The notes under the pieces were generated by a model, which was given only the letters and a program-made list of their open reading frames with translations, was not told where the DNA came from and made no database searches. From assembly GCA_964016885.1 (NCBI GenBank), contig OZ024740.1:397730001-397794000 (forward strand): DNA of 64,000 nt. Reading direction: 5' to 3'. This document shows positions 36,570-54,664 of this stretch, in pieces. Position 1 is the first letter of the stretch. Each line of letters starts with the position of its first letter. Both the position numbers and the translations under genes were made by a program. This stretch comes from Eledone cirrhosa (lineage: Eukaryota).

Positions 36570-38264
36570 TCTAAACTATAATAAAGTAAGAAGCGCGGGA
36601 TGGCGTACGGTTTATAATTTTTTATCCCCTTAGTAAAATAAGTTGTTTTACTTTGAATAAATAATGAATGAATATTACATAATTTATCTACTAAATTTCG
36701 TGGCTGTTCATTAAATATATTTTTTATTAATTATTTAAAGATTCACTTTTTAAAAATTTTCAAATGTCAACACTTCCGGCGGCGATCGTTTAAATAAATA
36801 CTCATATATTTCCTTCACTAATTTTCTCCTAATGCAGTTTATATATAACTAGCAGTGGTATCCGGCGTTGCTCGGGATAAGGTATTGTGAAATATATAAC
36901 CGCCTTAGCTAAGCTTAGTATTGCCACAACCACGGCTGGAAAAACAGTAAGGGTATGGTGGTACGTAAGTAAGCAACACTGTGGCTTAAAACGTGAGGAA
37001 GAAGTTGTATGCACTTACCAACTGTTTGGGGAATGAGTGTGAGATTTATCTTGAGCAAGGATGGCCAAATAACCGGAGGCAGCAGACACAGACATACAGA
37101 CAGATATTATAAGGGCGCGTTCTGGACGCAGAGCGAATTGTAGAAAGTGACGTAATGCAGACAGATATTATAAGGGCACGACGTGATATGTATGTATCTA
37201 TCTAAAAAGAGAAAGACTAAGAATTATAGAGAGAGATCGCTAAATCGCCCAATGCAGTCCCTAGGGCATTGAAAATTTGAAATTCTTTTTGCTCAGAACA
37301 CTCCCTGAAACATAAGTATTACATGTGTAAAGTTTGAAAAGAGTCGGTTCTCTAGTTTTAGGGATTCAAACTCACACAGACAGACATCCTCAGTTTTAGA
37401 TATATAGACTAGCAGAAAACCGACTGACGTGTGGTTTTCTGCTAGTATATATATATATTACACACACAGAAATGTATATATATTTCTGTGTGTGTATATA
37501 TATATATATTATACACACAGAAATGTATATATATTTCTGTGTGTGTATATATATATATATTACACACACAGAAATGTATATATATTTCTGTGTGTGTATA
37601 TATATATATATTATACACACAGAAATGTATATATATTTCTGTGTGTATATATATATTACACACAGAAATGTATATATATTTCTGTGTGTATATATATATA
37701 TTTCTGTGTGTGTATATATATATATATTACACACACACAGAAATGTATATATGTATCTGTAGCACTCCTCAATTCCCCCTCTCTCCCTCCCGCTATCCCT
37801 CTCTTGTAGTCTGTCTCTTTCTTTCACTCTCTCTCTCTACGCGTGCGCAAAAAACATTCGCATGCGCGCACGTGTTTTAGCGTCTATTCACTCTCTCTCT
37901 CCCTCTCTCCCTCCCGCTATGCCCCTCTCGTAGCCTGTCTCTTTTTTTCACTCTTACTCTCTCTCTACGCGTGCGCAAAAAACATTCGCACGCGCGCACG
38001 TGTTTCCACTGTCGGACAGACAGACAGAGAAATTGCTGGTTATATATTATAAGGAGATATCGTCTTTTTTTTAATGTATCATGGATTACATTACTGATTA
38101 AATAAGACAGTGTAATACAGTCTTCGTTCAATTTCTGTGTATATTGTCAATTACGATTTTATTTGATGTATCATATCTACATGTATATATACTTGCGTAA
38201 AATATCAATATACACACAACACATACTAGCAGAAAAGCACGCGAGAGGGGGGTATTTCTGCTAG
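36570..38264. mobile_element. Nested Helitron cluster: outer + element containing minus elements 36849-37408 and 37409-38057
   Basis: 5' A|TCTAAACTATATAATAAAG at 36570. The minus element has 5' TCTATATATCTAAAACTG and 3' CCCGAGCAACGCCGG...CTAG. CTAG|TC junction at 37408/37409; CTAG|T at 38261-38265. Confidence 0.72.
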
Positions 38265-38274
38265 TATAGATAAT

Positions 38275-38476
38275 AATTAGAAATAGAAGCTTTCGCCGTA
38301 TTTTTGATTAAAGAAATTTTAACCTGATTGAGGGGTTTAGAACCCTCTAAGAAATGAAAAAAGATGAGTATGCTAGTCAATACTTATCTTTTTCCATTTC
38401 TTAGAGGGTTCTAAACCCCTCTAACAGGCTAAAATTTCTTTAGTAAAAAATACGGCGAAAGCTTCTATTTCTAATT
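38275..38476. repeat. Fold-back inverted repeat (~95-bp arms)
   Basis: AATTAGAAATAGAAGCTTTCGCCGTATTTTT pairs with AAAAATACGGCGAAAGCTTCTATTTCTAATT. Confidence 0.9.
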
Positions 38477-38507
38477 TCAAACTCGCTGTTTCAAAACATA
38501 CTAAAGA

Positions 38508-38690
38508 TAATAATTGTTTCTACTTTTGGCACAAGGCCAGCAATTACGCCAGTGCATTACTGGTACTTTATTTTATCGACCCCGTAAGGATGAAAGGCAA
38601 AGTTAACCTTGACGGGATTTGAACTCAGAATGGCAAGGGCCGTAACTCCATGCGTCAAAGCATGGCGTCCGACCCTCTACCGATACTGCC
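38508..38690 (-). mobile_element. Family-A SINE (further copies ~35045-35220, 36225-36440, 36457-36569)
   Basis: Near-identical to the reverse complement of 56684-56876. Confidence 0.85.
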
Positions 38691-39693
38691 ATAATAATTG
38701 TTTCTAATTTAGGCACGCAGTCAGCAATTTTGTGGAGATGTGGAAGTCGACCTTGGGACCTAACTGCTACTATATTTTACCTTGGGAGTATATATGCAAG
38801 CATATACGATATGTTTATATATAATAAACATACGAGATGGGTGTATATGCTTTCTTATACACTCATTTAATGAAACACGCTATGTTAATGCCACTTCTAA
38901 TTTATTTTATGTATCACGGAAGAATAAAATATAAAGTTGACCTCGTCGGGATTTGAACTTCGAACATAGTCACTTGGAACAAATACGCCGAGGCATTTTG
39001 TCCGACTCTCTCATGTGTTGATTTAGTTGACAATTAGTAAACAAAACAACAACAGCAACAACAACAATATTTTTACTACGAAATATCGACGGACAATGTA
39101 AATGTGTATGTAAAAGTCGCCTGTCACCGTCGTCGTTGCTTTTGTTGTTGTTATTGTTGTTGTTGTTGTTTAGCTCTTATCAGCTCTACTTCCATTGACT
39201 GACAAAGATTACGTTTACCTTCACAAAAGCATATAAAATTGACTTTCAGAGATAACATTTTAAATTTTAACTAGCGAAACCTGCAGAAATTCCACGTTTC
39301 CAAAACAACTCGGGACACTTTAGAGTAAATATTGGAAGATATTGGAATATACTTTATCTTTTTACTCAATTTGCAATTATTACAACAACATTACTTGAGG
39401 AAGGAGCCCTCGTGAGATAGAATGGCTGATATAGCGGCTATCACTGGCTCTTTTCTACAGCAATGCGAGGTGCAGCTGAGATGTACATCCCGGCCAATGA
39501 TGTGGGATTTGCTTCCTCTCCATTTCCCTACTTCATTCTTCATCTCTTTCCCCTTTATCTTGTTTTCTCTCGCTTTCTATATGTAAATAGGGTCCATTGA
39601 ATAATACAGAATTACGTGTTAACTTTCATTTACTGCATCGAGACACACACAACCACCTAAAAACGTTCATACTAACACGCATACGCACTAAAA

Positions 39694-39733
<40 letters not shown>

Positions 39734-39860
39734 CTCCCACACACACGCGCTCACACATACTTGTACATACAGCCACAAACATAATTGCCACCTCCATTAA
39801 CCTCCCTTCAGATAACATCACCACTTTAACAACAACTGTAGTTCTCACTTTACCAGCAAC

Positions 39861-40190
39861 CAGTGGCGGACTGGCCAGGTTGCCAGGTTGCCCAATGGGG
39901 GTAGCATTGCAAGGACCCACAGTAACATTGCAGGGCCCACTGTAGTATTTTAGGGGCCAATGCTTTGCTTTAAAAAAATACCTTAAATCTAAGAGAAAGA
40001 ATAAAATAAAAAAAAATAAAAAAAAACAATTAAGCAAAGCATTTGGTCAACGAATTCCCCAGGGAAGTAATAGGAAACACAATATAGGATAGTGCAAATA
40101 GCTGGAACCAGTGGTTGTACATTCTACTAAATCTAAAGCTTAGTGTATTCATTCATGCATGCAAACATACATATATAGACACACACTCAA

Positions 40191-40226
<36 letters not shown>

Positions 40227-40605
40227 TTATATACTTACACACAAACTACTGACCATGACCAAATAATATTTGGTATCAATGGGTTAAAGAAGGTGGTATA
40301 TATATAAGGGAAAAATTTGAACAGGGACAAAACAGAGAGGCAGTACAATAAATGTTTATTAATTTCACGCTCAGGAGAGTGGGGGTAGGTGGGGGACGAC
40401 GTTTCGGGCATAAGCCCTTCCTCAGGTGAGAAGTGTGTGGGAACAGAGTTCAAAAGGTGTGTAGGGGAGTGGTGGAGAGACATATAGCGAAAGGAAACGG
40501 TGCGAATGAAAAAAAACAAATAAAGATAAAAAATAAAAATAAAGCATGATCAAAATACAAGGAATGAACAAAAAATCATAGAAATACAAATATATGTATA
40601 GATAG

Positions 40606-40673
<68 letters not shown>

Positions 40674-40918
40674 TGAGTGAGTGTGAAAACCAAAGGTCAT
40701 TATTGAAAGTCTCTGGATTTCGCGAAATACATAGTATTTTTTATTGGTGAAGATAAGATATTTTCCCGCAAAAATTTGATTGCACTGTTTTATTTCCACT
40801 TGTGTATTTTTCGAAAATGTTATTTATTCATTATAAAAATTAAATGATAGCATTCTATATGTAGGTGGACCCCCTTCGTCTCCTGGCAACCAATATTTTT
40901 AGACCCAGTCCGCCACTG
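39861..40918. mobile_element. hAT-type non-autonomous DNA transposon with nested insertions
   Basis: TIR CAGTGGCGGACTGG / CCAGTCCGCCACTG; 8-bp TSD CCAGCAAC / CCAACAAC (1 mismatch). Confidence 0.85.
40395..40428 (-). ncRNA. Minimal hammerhead motif
   Basis: AC-CUGAGGA-A-GGGC uuau GCCC-GAAAC-GUC-GU: intact core, palindromic ACGU stem III, only a 2-bp stem I. Confidence 0.65.
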
Positions 40919-41467
40919 CCAACAACTGTATGTGTTTGAGCATTCGCCTGCACTGCTACCACTTGCCCTCAATAAATAATAATTTCTCTCTTTTCCTCCC
41001 ACTCTGTATCATTCCTACATTAGCATATTGATATAGAACTCCTGAAATTATCTTCCCTTCTCTTTTAGAGTCGTTAAAACTTACCACAAGAGTTTTGTTT
41101 CCTTTCTCCAATTAGTAGGTCCTTAAGTATGAAATGTCTGAAAATAAACAAACCTTTCAATTCAAAATCGGACATTTCATACTTAATGTCTTCATGATAA
41201 AGGGGAAATTTCAGTTAAATATAACTCTTGTGTGCAGCATTCAGTTGATCATCTTATTGATCTATAGCCAAGCAATACCTTATATATTCATTCTTTTATA
41301 TATTTTATATGGCAATATGGGAATAATGGCATCATTGGTTACAGGTTTCAAACAGGCCAGTCAGTGTATTTCTCAGGCAGACAGGCCATCTGTGACTTCC
41401 ATATACAGATTATTTTATTTGATTATTGGAAACTTTACACACACACACACTCACGCGCACACACACA

Positions 41468-41659
<192 letters not shown>

Positions 41660-41737
41660 AATATATATATATATGTACGTATACATATACACAGAAACAA
41701 GTACACACACACACACACACACACACAGCACACACAT

Positions 41738-41770
<33 letters not shown>

Positions 41771-42033
41771 ATGTGTGTATATATAAAGTTCTAGCACAAG
41801 TGTGGTGACAGATTTCATCAATATTGTATGAAAATCTGTTTTTTTTACAACTATTTGTTAGTAGGGAAAGCTGGTGCAATATATATTTTTAACTAACTGA
41901 TGAAAATCAAAATCAATTCAACTTGTTGAAATAGCATTTTAACTTCTGTAATACATCTGCATACTAGTAAAGCTAAACACAGCATGCTTTCTCTTTCGCG
42001 CTATCTCCCTCTCTCTCATTCTGTATTTATATG

Positions 42034-42295
<262 letters not shown>

Positions 42296-42403
42296 GGGAC
42301 GGGGCGGTTGGAATTGGAAAAAATGTCTTTAGATAAAAATAACAGGTCCATTCATGTTGACACACATATTATATATGTGTGTATGAATGTATGTATGTAT
42401 GCA

Positions 42404-42434
<31 letters not shown>

Positions 42435-42539
42435 ATATATACATGTATATATAAATCACTAACTCTCTCTCACTCTCTCGCTCTCTTTTTTCATACACAC
42501 ATAATACATACATACATAATATTATTAAGAGAGCCGCTG

Positions 42540-43270
42540 GTCTAGAAGAGAGACATGAAATAAAACCTGATACAAATCACTCTCCCAGGAACATTGGAAG
42601 ATGCTCGAATAAAATAATAAAAAATGGACCAATTCACTGAGAAGGTTGTACATAGGACTTGAGACGAAAAACACAGACAACAGAGGTGATAAACCATTCG
42701 AAAAGCCTGACAATGAGTTCCGACATGTTCATAGCATCCCACCTTGGAGCATATCTCCATGCAATCCAGAAAGAATAAATCCGCACCAAGTACCTACTGA
42801 ACAAAAGTGGAATCATAAGTTGACAATAATTGTAAACTGTGCAAAACAAAGACCAAAGAATGTTATAGCAACATTATTTCCAACTGTGAAAGAATGTCTT
42901 TTCATTACTACCTCCCCACGAGGCATGATGGGATAGCTAGAACAATCTGGAATGCATTGTGGAAGACGGAAATCGAATTAAATAAGGAGGAATATGTCGA
43001 GTCTGATGGCTCAAAGAAATACTGGTGGAACCTAAAAATAAAATCCATTACTAAATTAAAGCACAACGGCCTGATATTGTTGTTCGGGACCACACATTGA
43101 AAAGATACTTTGTTGTAGAAGTCAGCTGCCCACTTGATGCCAATGTGGAAAGAAAAATACAGGAGAAGGAGGATATCTACGGACTATTGATGAGGAGCTT
43201 GCTGATACTGTATCCAAGATACACGTTCAGTTTCAAACCCTTTATTATTGGAGCTACAGGTTATATACAC
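42540..43270 (+). mobile_element. Decayed R4/Dong-like LINE 3' fragment
   Basis: YYLPTRHDGIAR, WWN..I...KHN, VEVSCPLD and IIGATG parallel the RLE domain of 54830..55348. Confidence 0.65.
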
Positions 43271-43478
43271 TTCAGCTGTAGAAATGAGTTGCGACGTCAC
43301 TGGTGCCAAGCTGTATCGGCCATTGCCTCTCCCATTGATAACATCTGTGACGTGGAGAGGGGAGACTGGTGGTCTTCAACAAACAACCTTGCCTAGACTT
43401 GTGTCTTGGAGGGGAACTTTCTAGGTGCAAATCCCTATGGTCATTCGTGACCGAAGGGGGTCTTTACCTTTTATCCTT

Positions 43479-43516
<38 letters not shown>

Positions 43517-43582
43517 CTTAGAGTTTAGACTCAAAGAGGTCATTTACAATCATTTCAGCTCTAGGGAATCGCTTCTGAGCAG

Positions 43583-43985
<403 letters not shown>

Positions 43986-44133
43986 GTGGTAAGGAACCAG
44001 ATGGACCATAACGCACCAGAGTACTCAATACTTAGGGTAGTAGAGTGGGTAATAGAAAAAGGTATGACCCCGACGACAGAGCTCAAGCCGTTTCGACGGC
44101 TATTTCTGGGACTGAGTCCAGAAATACCCGTCT

Positions 44134-44189
<56 letters not shown>

Positions 44190-44190
<1 letters not shown>

Positions 44191-44349
44191 GGTAACACAA
44201 CAGTGAGTTCGCCATACCGAGAACAATTGTTTCACTTTAACGGATCCTCAGCTCGTACTGTTCCGTATAACCACGACCATTACGAGCTGAGGATCCGCTA
44301 AGGTGAAACAATTGTTTCTCGGTATGGTGAACTAACTGTTGTGTTACCA
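44190..44349. ncRNA. Fold-back element with a hammerhead motif on both arms
   Basis: Minus 44255-44218: CGAG-CUGAGGA-UCCGUUAAAGU-GAAAC aauu GUU-CUCG. Plus 44283-44321: CGAG-CUGAGGA-UCC gcuaa GGU-GAAAC aauu GUU-UCUCG. Confidence 0.72.
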
Positions 44350-45649
44350 CTTCTACCTAACTCGTCCCATGGACTGAGTGCTCTACCACTACGGATATTA
44401 CCTTCTAGTGTTCTACCAAATCTCTATACAAATGCATATGTGTGTATTAACATGCAATATAAAGTGTTATAGGTTTTTTGTGTTTGTATATATGTCTGTA
44501 TATATACATGAGCGATGCGGGAGGACGCACGCAAATATTTATTTATACATATGTATGTGTATATATGTATGTATATATATCTATGTGGGTGAGAGGTATG
44601 TTGCAGATATGCATAATATTAAATACATGAATGGTAATCGTATATATGAGGACATGAATATTAATCGTATATATTTATGTATATAGACTGTGAACTTTTT
44701 ATAACACAGGGAATGTATAGCAGTGATTAAGAGAAATCATTTACGTTTTGTATGGCTATATTGTTGGCTTGAGTAAACATAATTTCTATTTTCAGGACGT
44801 GCGTATGTGTATATATATATATATATATACATATATATTTGTATGTCTTTGCATAAGATACTGATCTCTATAGCAAGGGTACATTTTGAACGATTTAACT
44901 CAGATTTTGGTATATTGATCTCAAGTTTTTAAACTAAACATATAGTCATTATTGAACAATGTTTAATTTCTCATATTATATATCTATGTCCCATTCATGA
45001 ATATTGATATTTATATTTTTATTATTCATTTCATATAAATTGTTAACTCAACTTAATATGACATGACGTAAAGTTTTCATTGTCTCCCCCTCTCTCTATA
45101 TAGTATTTCTCTCTCTTGAGTTTTTCTATCTGTATGATGACTTGATATCTCTCTGTTGCTTTCCTTTGTTTTTCTTATTTCTTCATTTTTTCTTTCTTTT
45201 TTATTTCCTCGTATCTTTATTTATCTCTTTCTTTTCTTTTCTCCATAAATTTCTCTCTCTCTCCGATATTTCTCCAGGTTTTCTTTCTCTATCTCCGTCT
45301 TTTTTCTTTTTTTCTTTCTCTCCGTCTTTTTATAATTGTGCTTAACACTATGACTTATTAAAATAATATAAACAAATCACTATCCAGACAGCCTCCAAAA
45401 GTAATGGTTGCATTTAAAAAGGGTACGTCAAAGCTATTTGTAAAATATATTGTATTTTGTCTGATGTAGGCATACCATAATTTAATGTGGTATCTCTGAA
45501 ATATGTATAATGAAATAAATATGGTTTTATAAATATAGTTTCCATTTATTAATATCGTATATCTACTCCAAAAACTTGTCGAGTGCTTTATATCAGTTAT
45601 AAAAATATTTACTTGTTGTATCCCAACAATTTTAAATAGAACTTTTTGC

Positions 45650-46230
<581 letters not shown>

Positions 46231-46267
46231 AGTAAGTCAAATATGTAATATTTGGCTGCGTTTATTA

Positions 46268-47633
46268 TCTATATATATAAAACTGTGGTTGTCTGTCTGT
46301 CTATCGATTTTTGGCACACATCTCCTCTTAGAATCTCTCGCGGAATTGCACCGAAATTGCTATACTTGTACATTGAGCCCTAGCGAAGACATCGGGAAAA
46401 AAAATATTTCAAATTGACCCGCCCTATGTGACGAAATCGAATATAATGTATCGATTTTTGAGCGTAAGTTATCAGTTATTTCCCTTTGTTCTGTTTACAT
46501 CGAGCGTCTTACGTAAAAAATTACGCTGGCTTTCTCAGTTGTCGAGCCAGCAAAATATTGACCTGCAAAATTCATCAGTTCGAACACTAAGCTTCCGTTT
46601 TGCTTCATTTCCATTTAAAAGCATTTTAAAACAATATTTTTACTTGAAAACAAGTCTATTTAAAGACTACGTAAAACAAGCAAATATTTCGTCGTTAGGC
46701 GTGCAGACAGACAGTCGTGCAGAGAGGTGATATAGGCGTGCAGACAGACATAACTGATAATTTGGTTACGCTAATGTTTTTCTCTGCGTTGCAGTGTTTA
46801 CATTTTCGATCTTTGTTAATAAATAACCAGTGCAGTTTCTATCCCCAGCATCCTCTTTTGTTATAACATTCGGGTTATCTGTTATGTTTTCTTAACTTCA
46901 TAAGGCATATTGTTGGTTGAGGGAATATTAATCAAAAACACCACATGCAAGTCTGCACAGTAGACACTACAGTTTTTAAGCCAAGAAAGAAACTTAACAT
47001 TGTAACTTTAACACAGCTTCATCAGTTCGAACACTAAGCTTCCGTTTTGCTTCATTTCCATTTAAAAGCCTTTTAAAACAATATTTTTACTTGAAAACAA
47101 GACTATTTAAAGACTACGTAAAACAAGCAAATATTTCGTAAAAAAAAAGCAAAAATTATATAAGTTTATTTAAAATATATGTATCTGTAAATTTCGTTAG
47201 GCGTGCAGACAGATAGTCGTGCAGAGAGGTGATATACGCGTGCAGACAGATAGTCGTGCAGAGAGGTGATATAGGCGTGCAGACAGACAGTCGTGCAGAG
47301 AGGTGATATAGGCGTGCAGACAGACATAACTGATAATTTGGTTACGCTAATGTTTTTCTCTGCGTTGCAGTGTTTACATTTTCGATCTTTGTTAATAAAT
47401 AACCAGTGCAGTTTTTATCCCCAACATCCTCTTTTGTTATAACATTCGGGTTATCCTTATGTTTTCTTAACTTCATAAGGCATATTGTTGGTTGAGGGAA
47501 TATTAATCAAAAACACCACATGCAAGTCTGCACATTAGACACTACAGTTTTTAAGCCAAAAAAAGAAAACTTAACATTGTAACTTTAACACAGCTACTGA
47601 GCGACCCCGAGCAACGCCGGGCTTTACTGCTAG
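46268..47633 (+). mobile_element. Non-autonomous Helitron with internal duplications
   Basis: A|TCTATATATATAAAAC...CCCGAGCAACGCCGGG-CTTTACTG-CTAG|T with no TSD. 46572-47015 is largely duplicated at 47020-47595, with a local ~37-bp repeat. Confidence 0.92.
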
Positions 47634-47793
47634 TAAATTATAAATTTACTGCTATATATATTTCGGTGGACAGCTATTATAGGCAGTCCGAATTGGTGTG
47701 ACAACACACCCAGGAGCTGGAAAATATTGATGTATTGCCAGAGTGAAACACACTTCAACAACATGTGCACTTATCTTTTCCACACCAATTCGG

Positions 47794-47848
47794 ACTGCCT
47801 GAAGGGGTCACAGCCAATAATACCTGTCACCGAAATATATATAGCAGT
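47794..47848 (+). ncRNA. Hammerhead motif in the right arm of a fold-back element (46223-47905)
   Basis: ACUGC-CUGAAGG-GGUCACAG..CUGUCACC-GAAA-UAUAUA-UA-GCAGU: 5-bp stem I, 7/8-bp stem II, one core change (A9 to G). Confidence 0.68.
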
Positions 47849-48001
47849 AAATTTATAATTTATAATAAACGAAGTCAAATTTTACATATTTGACTTACTT
47901 ATTTTATTTTACATTACTCCAGAGTAAACAAACCAACCTGCATACTTCGTCGAGTGCTCCAATCTGCATACTGAGGTGTCGGTAAACAACCAACATATAC
48001 T

Positions 48002-48382
<381 letters not shown>

Positions 48383-48447
48383 TTCTTTATACTTTCACTC
48401 GTGTAGGACACCTCGGTTATTTTTCATTTTGTAAAAAAAAACCTCAC

Positions 48448-48497
<50 letters not shown>

Positions 48498-48566
48498 ATG
48501 TATGTACGTATGGTATGTATGTATGTGTATATATATATATGCATGTATGGTATGTATGTATATAAA

Positions 48567-48642
<76 letters not shown>

Positions 48643-48750
48643 TTTATATACATACATACCATACATGCATATATATATATACACATACATACATACCATA
48701 CGTACATACATACACACACGCACATACATATATATATATATATATATATA

Positions 48751-51305
<2,555 letters not shown>

Positions 51306-52125
51306 CCGGTCCTGGCATTGATAAATATGCTGGGTTCGTCAACTCCTGATTATATATATACATACATATATTTATATATATTTAATACATTAACAGAGAA
51401 AGCTTTAAGCAATACTCCGACCGACTTCCGTCTCACTCAACAAACATTAGGATATACCTTAGTATAATCCCAATTATACGTTTGCGTTGCTAACTATACG
51501 TATTTTGCGGATAGCCAGTTGTAATATTTTATATGAGACATAATTAAAATACATCTCTCTTTCCAAACGATCGTTTCATTATAAGTTTTCTACAAATTGG
51601 GAAAATAATGTCCAGGTTATGTAGAAGCCTACACATAGTCCATATGAATATATGTAGGTGGGTACTTATAAATCATCAGTGGATGCCCGACAAATATCGA
51701 TATAAAAAAAACCTTCCCGATATGTATATATATATATATATAATTATGTATATATATATATATATGTATGTATGTGTGTGTTTGTGTGTGTGTTTATGTA
51801 AGCAAGTATATATGTATATACAGACAGGTTACAGTAAGAGTGTGTGTGAATGTGTGTGCACGCGTGTGTGTGTTGGGGGGGAGGGGGTACAGTGAAGATA
51901 CGACTGACCGAGTGATGGCACGTGCCGCCGAACACTACGCCACTTCATTTGTCTGTTTTGTTATCTGAGATCAGTTTCTCGCTCCCGTACCAGTCATACC
52001 CGCCCGTCTCCCCGCCCACCAGCTACCATTCCTCCCACCACCACAGCTACGTACACCCTCTACTAACGACATCCTCCTCCTCCATCTCAGTCAAATAGCC
52101 ATCAGACCTCCCACCTTTGTCCTAT

Positions 52126-53350
52126 CACCACCACCACCACCACCACCACCACCACCACCACCATCATCATCATCACCATTACCATCCTCACTATAATCTC
52201 CATTACCACCACCACCACGATCATCATAACAATCATCATCATCACCACCACCATCATCAAGCTACAGATACTATAATCTCCACCACTACCACACAACCAT
52301 CATAACCATCATCATCACCATCATCATCATCCTACAGTTACTATAATATCCACCACCACCAACAACACCACCATCACCACCACCATCATCATCATGATCA
52401 CCACCATCCTACAGTTACTATCATCTCCATCACCACCACCACCATCATCACCATTATCACCACCACCACCACCACCACCACCATCATCACCATTATCACC
52501 ACCACCACCACCACCATCATCATCACCATTATCACCACCAGCACCACCACCGCCACCATCATCACCATTATCACCACCACCACCACCACCACCATCATCA
52601 CCATTATCACCAGCACCACCACCGCCACCATCATCACCATTATCACCAGCACCACCACCGCCACCATCATCATCACCATTATCACCACCACCACCACCAC
52701 CACCATCATCACCATTATCACCAGCACCACCACCGCCACCATCATCACCATTATCACCAGCACCACCACCGCCACCATCATCATCACCATTATCACCACC
52801 ACCACCACCACCACCATCATCACCATTATCACCACCACCAGTTACTATAGTCCCCTCCTCCACCGGCTCTACTGTTGTTCTTTCAGATCTATGGTGGAAC
52901 GCTTTTGTTGTTACCAGCCGACACCTCTCCCTTCTCCCCGACCCCTTAAGCAACCTTCAACACCCACCCACCATACCACACCACCCACTCCTTACTACTG
53001 AACGCTTCCGCCCCACCCACTTCCACCTATTGTTACCGTACATCTGCACGTTAAAGAAGCGAAATGTATTGTAATACCCCCCCCCCCCACCACCACCCTA
53101 GCAGCAAGGCACCTCCACTGCTGCTACCACGGTTGTCGTTACTACTGCCACCACTACTAACACCTCTACTACCATCATTACCACAACAAACTTCACTAGA
53201 CGTACAACCACCACTATCACCACCACTACCACCACCACAACAACCACCACCAGCACCACCAGCACCAGCACCACCACCAGCACCACCAGCACTACCACCA
53301 ACACCATCACCACCACCACCACCACCACTACCACCACCACAACCACCACC

Positions 53351-53381
<31 letters not shown>

Positions 53382-54560
53382 CCACTACCACCACCACTAT
53401 CACCACCACCACCACCACAAACATCACCACCACCACCACAACAACCACCACCAGCACCACCACCACCACAACCACCACCACTACCACCAGCACCACCACC
53501 ACCAGCATCACCACCACTACCACCAACACCATCACCACCACCACCACCAGCATCACCACCACCACCACTACCACCAGCATCACCACCACCACTACCACCA
53601 ACACCATCACCACCACCAGCACCACCACCACCACCAACACCATCACCACCACCACCACCAGCATCACCACCACCACCACCACCACCACCAGCACCACCAC
53701 CACCACCACTACCACCAGCACCACCACCACCAGCATCACCACCAGCACTACCACCAACACCATCACCACCACCACCACCACCACCACCACCACCACCACC
53801 ACCAGCACCACCACTACCACCAGCACCACCACCACCAGCATCACCACCAGCACCACCACCACCAGCATCACCACCACCACCACCACTACCACCAGCACCA
53901 CCACCAGCATCACCACCACTACCACCAACACCATCACCACCACCACCACCACCACCACCACCAGCATCACCACCACTACCACCAACACCATCACCACGAC
54001 CACTACCACCAACACCACCACCAGCACCAGCACCAGCACCACCATCACCACCAGCACCACCAGCACTACCACCACTACCACTACCACCACTACCACTACT
54101 CAACAACATCTTCACAAACACCACCACTATCACCACCACCAGCATCACCACCACTACCACCAACACCACCACCACTACCACCACCACCACCACCACCACC
54201 ACTACCACCACCAACACCACCACCACCACTACCACCAATACCACCACCACCACTATCACCACCACCACTACCACCACCAACACCAATACAACCACCACCA
54301 CCACCAACATCACCACTATCACCACCACCGATACCACCACCACCACTATCACCACCACCGATACCACCACCACCACCACCACCACCACCACCATCAGCAC
54401 CATTACCACCACCACCATCACCACAACTGTTGTTACAGCCACTACCACTGTCTTCACCCTTTTACCACTACTGCCAACAATAGCACCTCTCCCCCCACCC
54501 CACCCCCACCTCACCCCTGAAAGGAAACAATACAATAACCACCACCACAACAATAACCTC
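52126..54560. repeat. Degenerate (CCA)n/(CAT)n/(CTA)n trinucleotide low-complexity region
   Basis: Direct inspection; higher-order ~30-bp units in 52430-52835. Confidence 0.95.
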
Positions 54561-54664
54561 AATAAAACTGTGGTGGAAAAAAACCCCAACTAAATAATGA
54601 TTTATTTATTTATTTATTTATCATTGTTGTCATTGTTATTATTAATATTATTATTATTATTATT

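Noticed and set aside
52327-54593. Extensin/formin-like Pro-rich or Gly-rich proteins
   Set aside because: Trinucleotide low-complexity DNA open in several frames on both strands, with no flanking domain or exon evidence.
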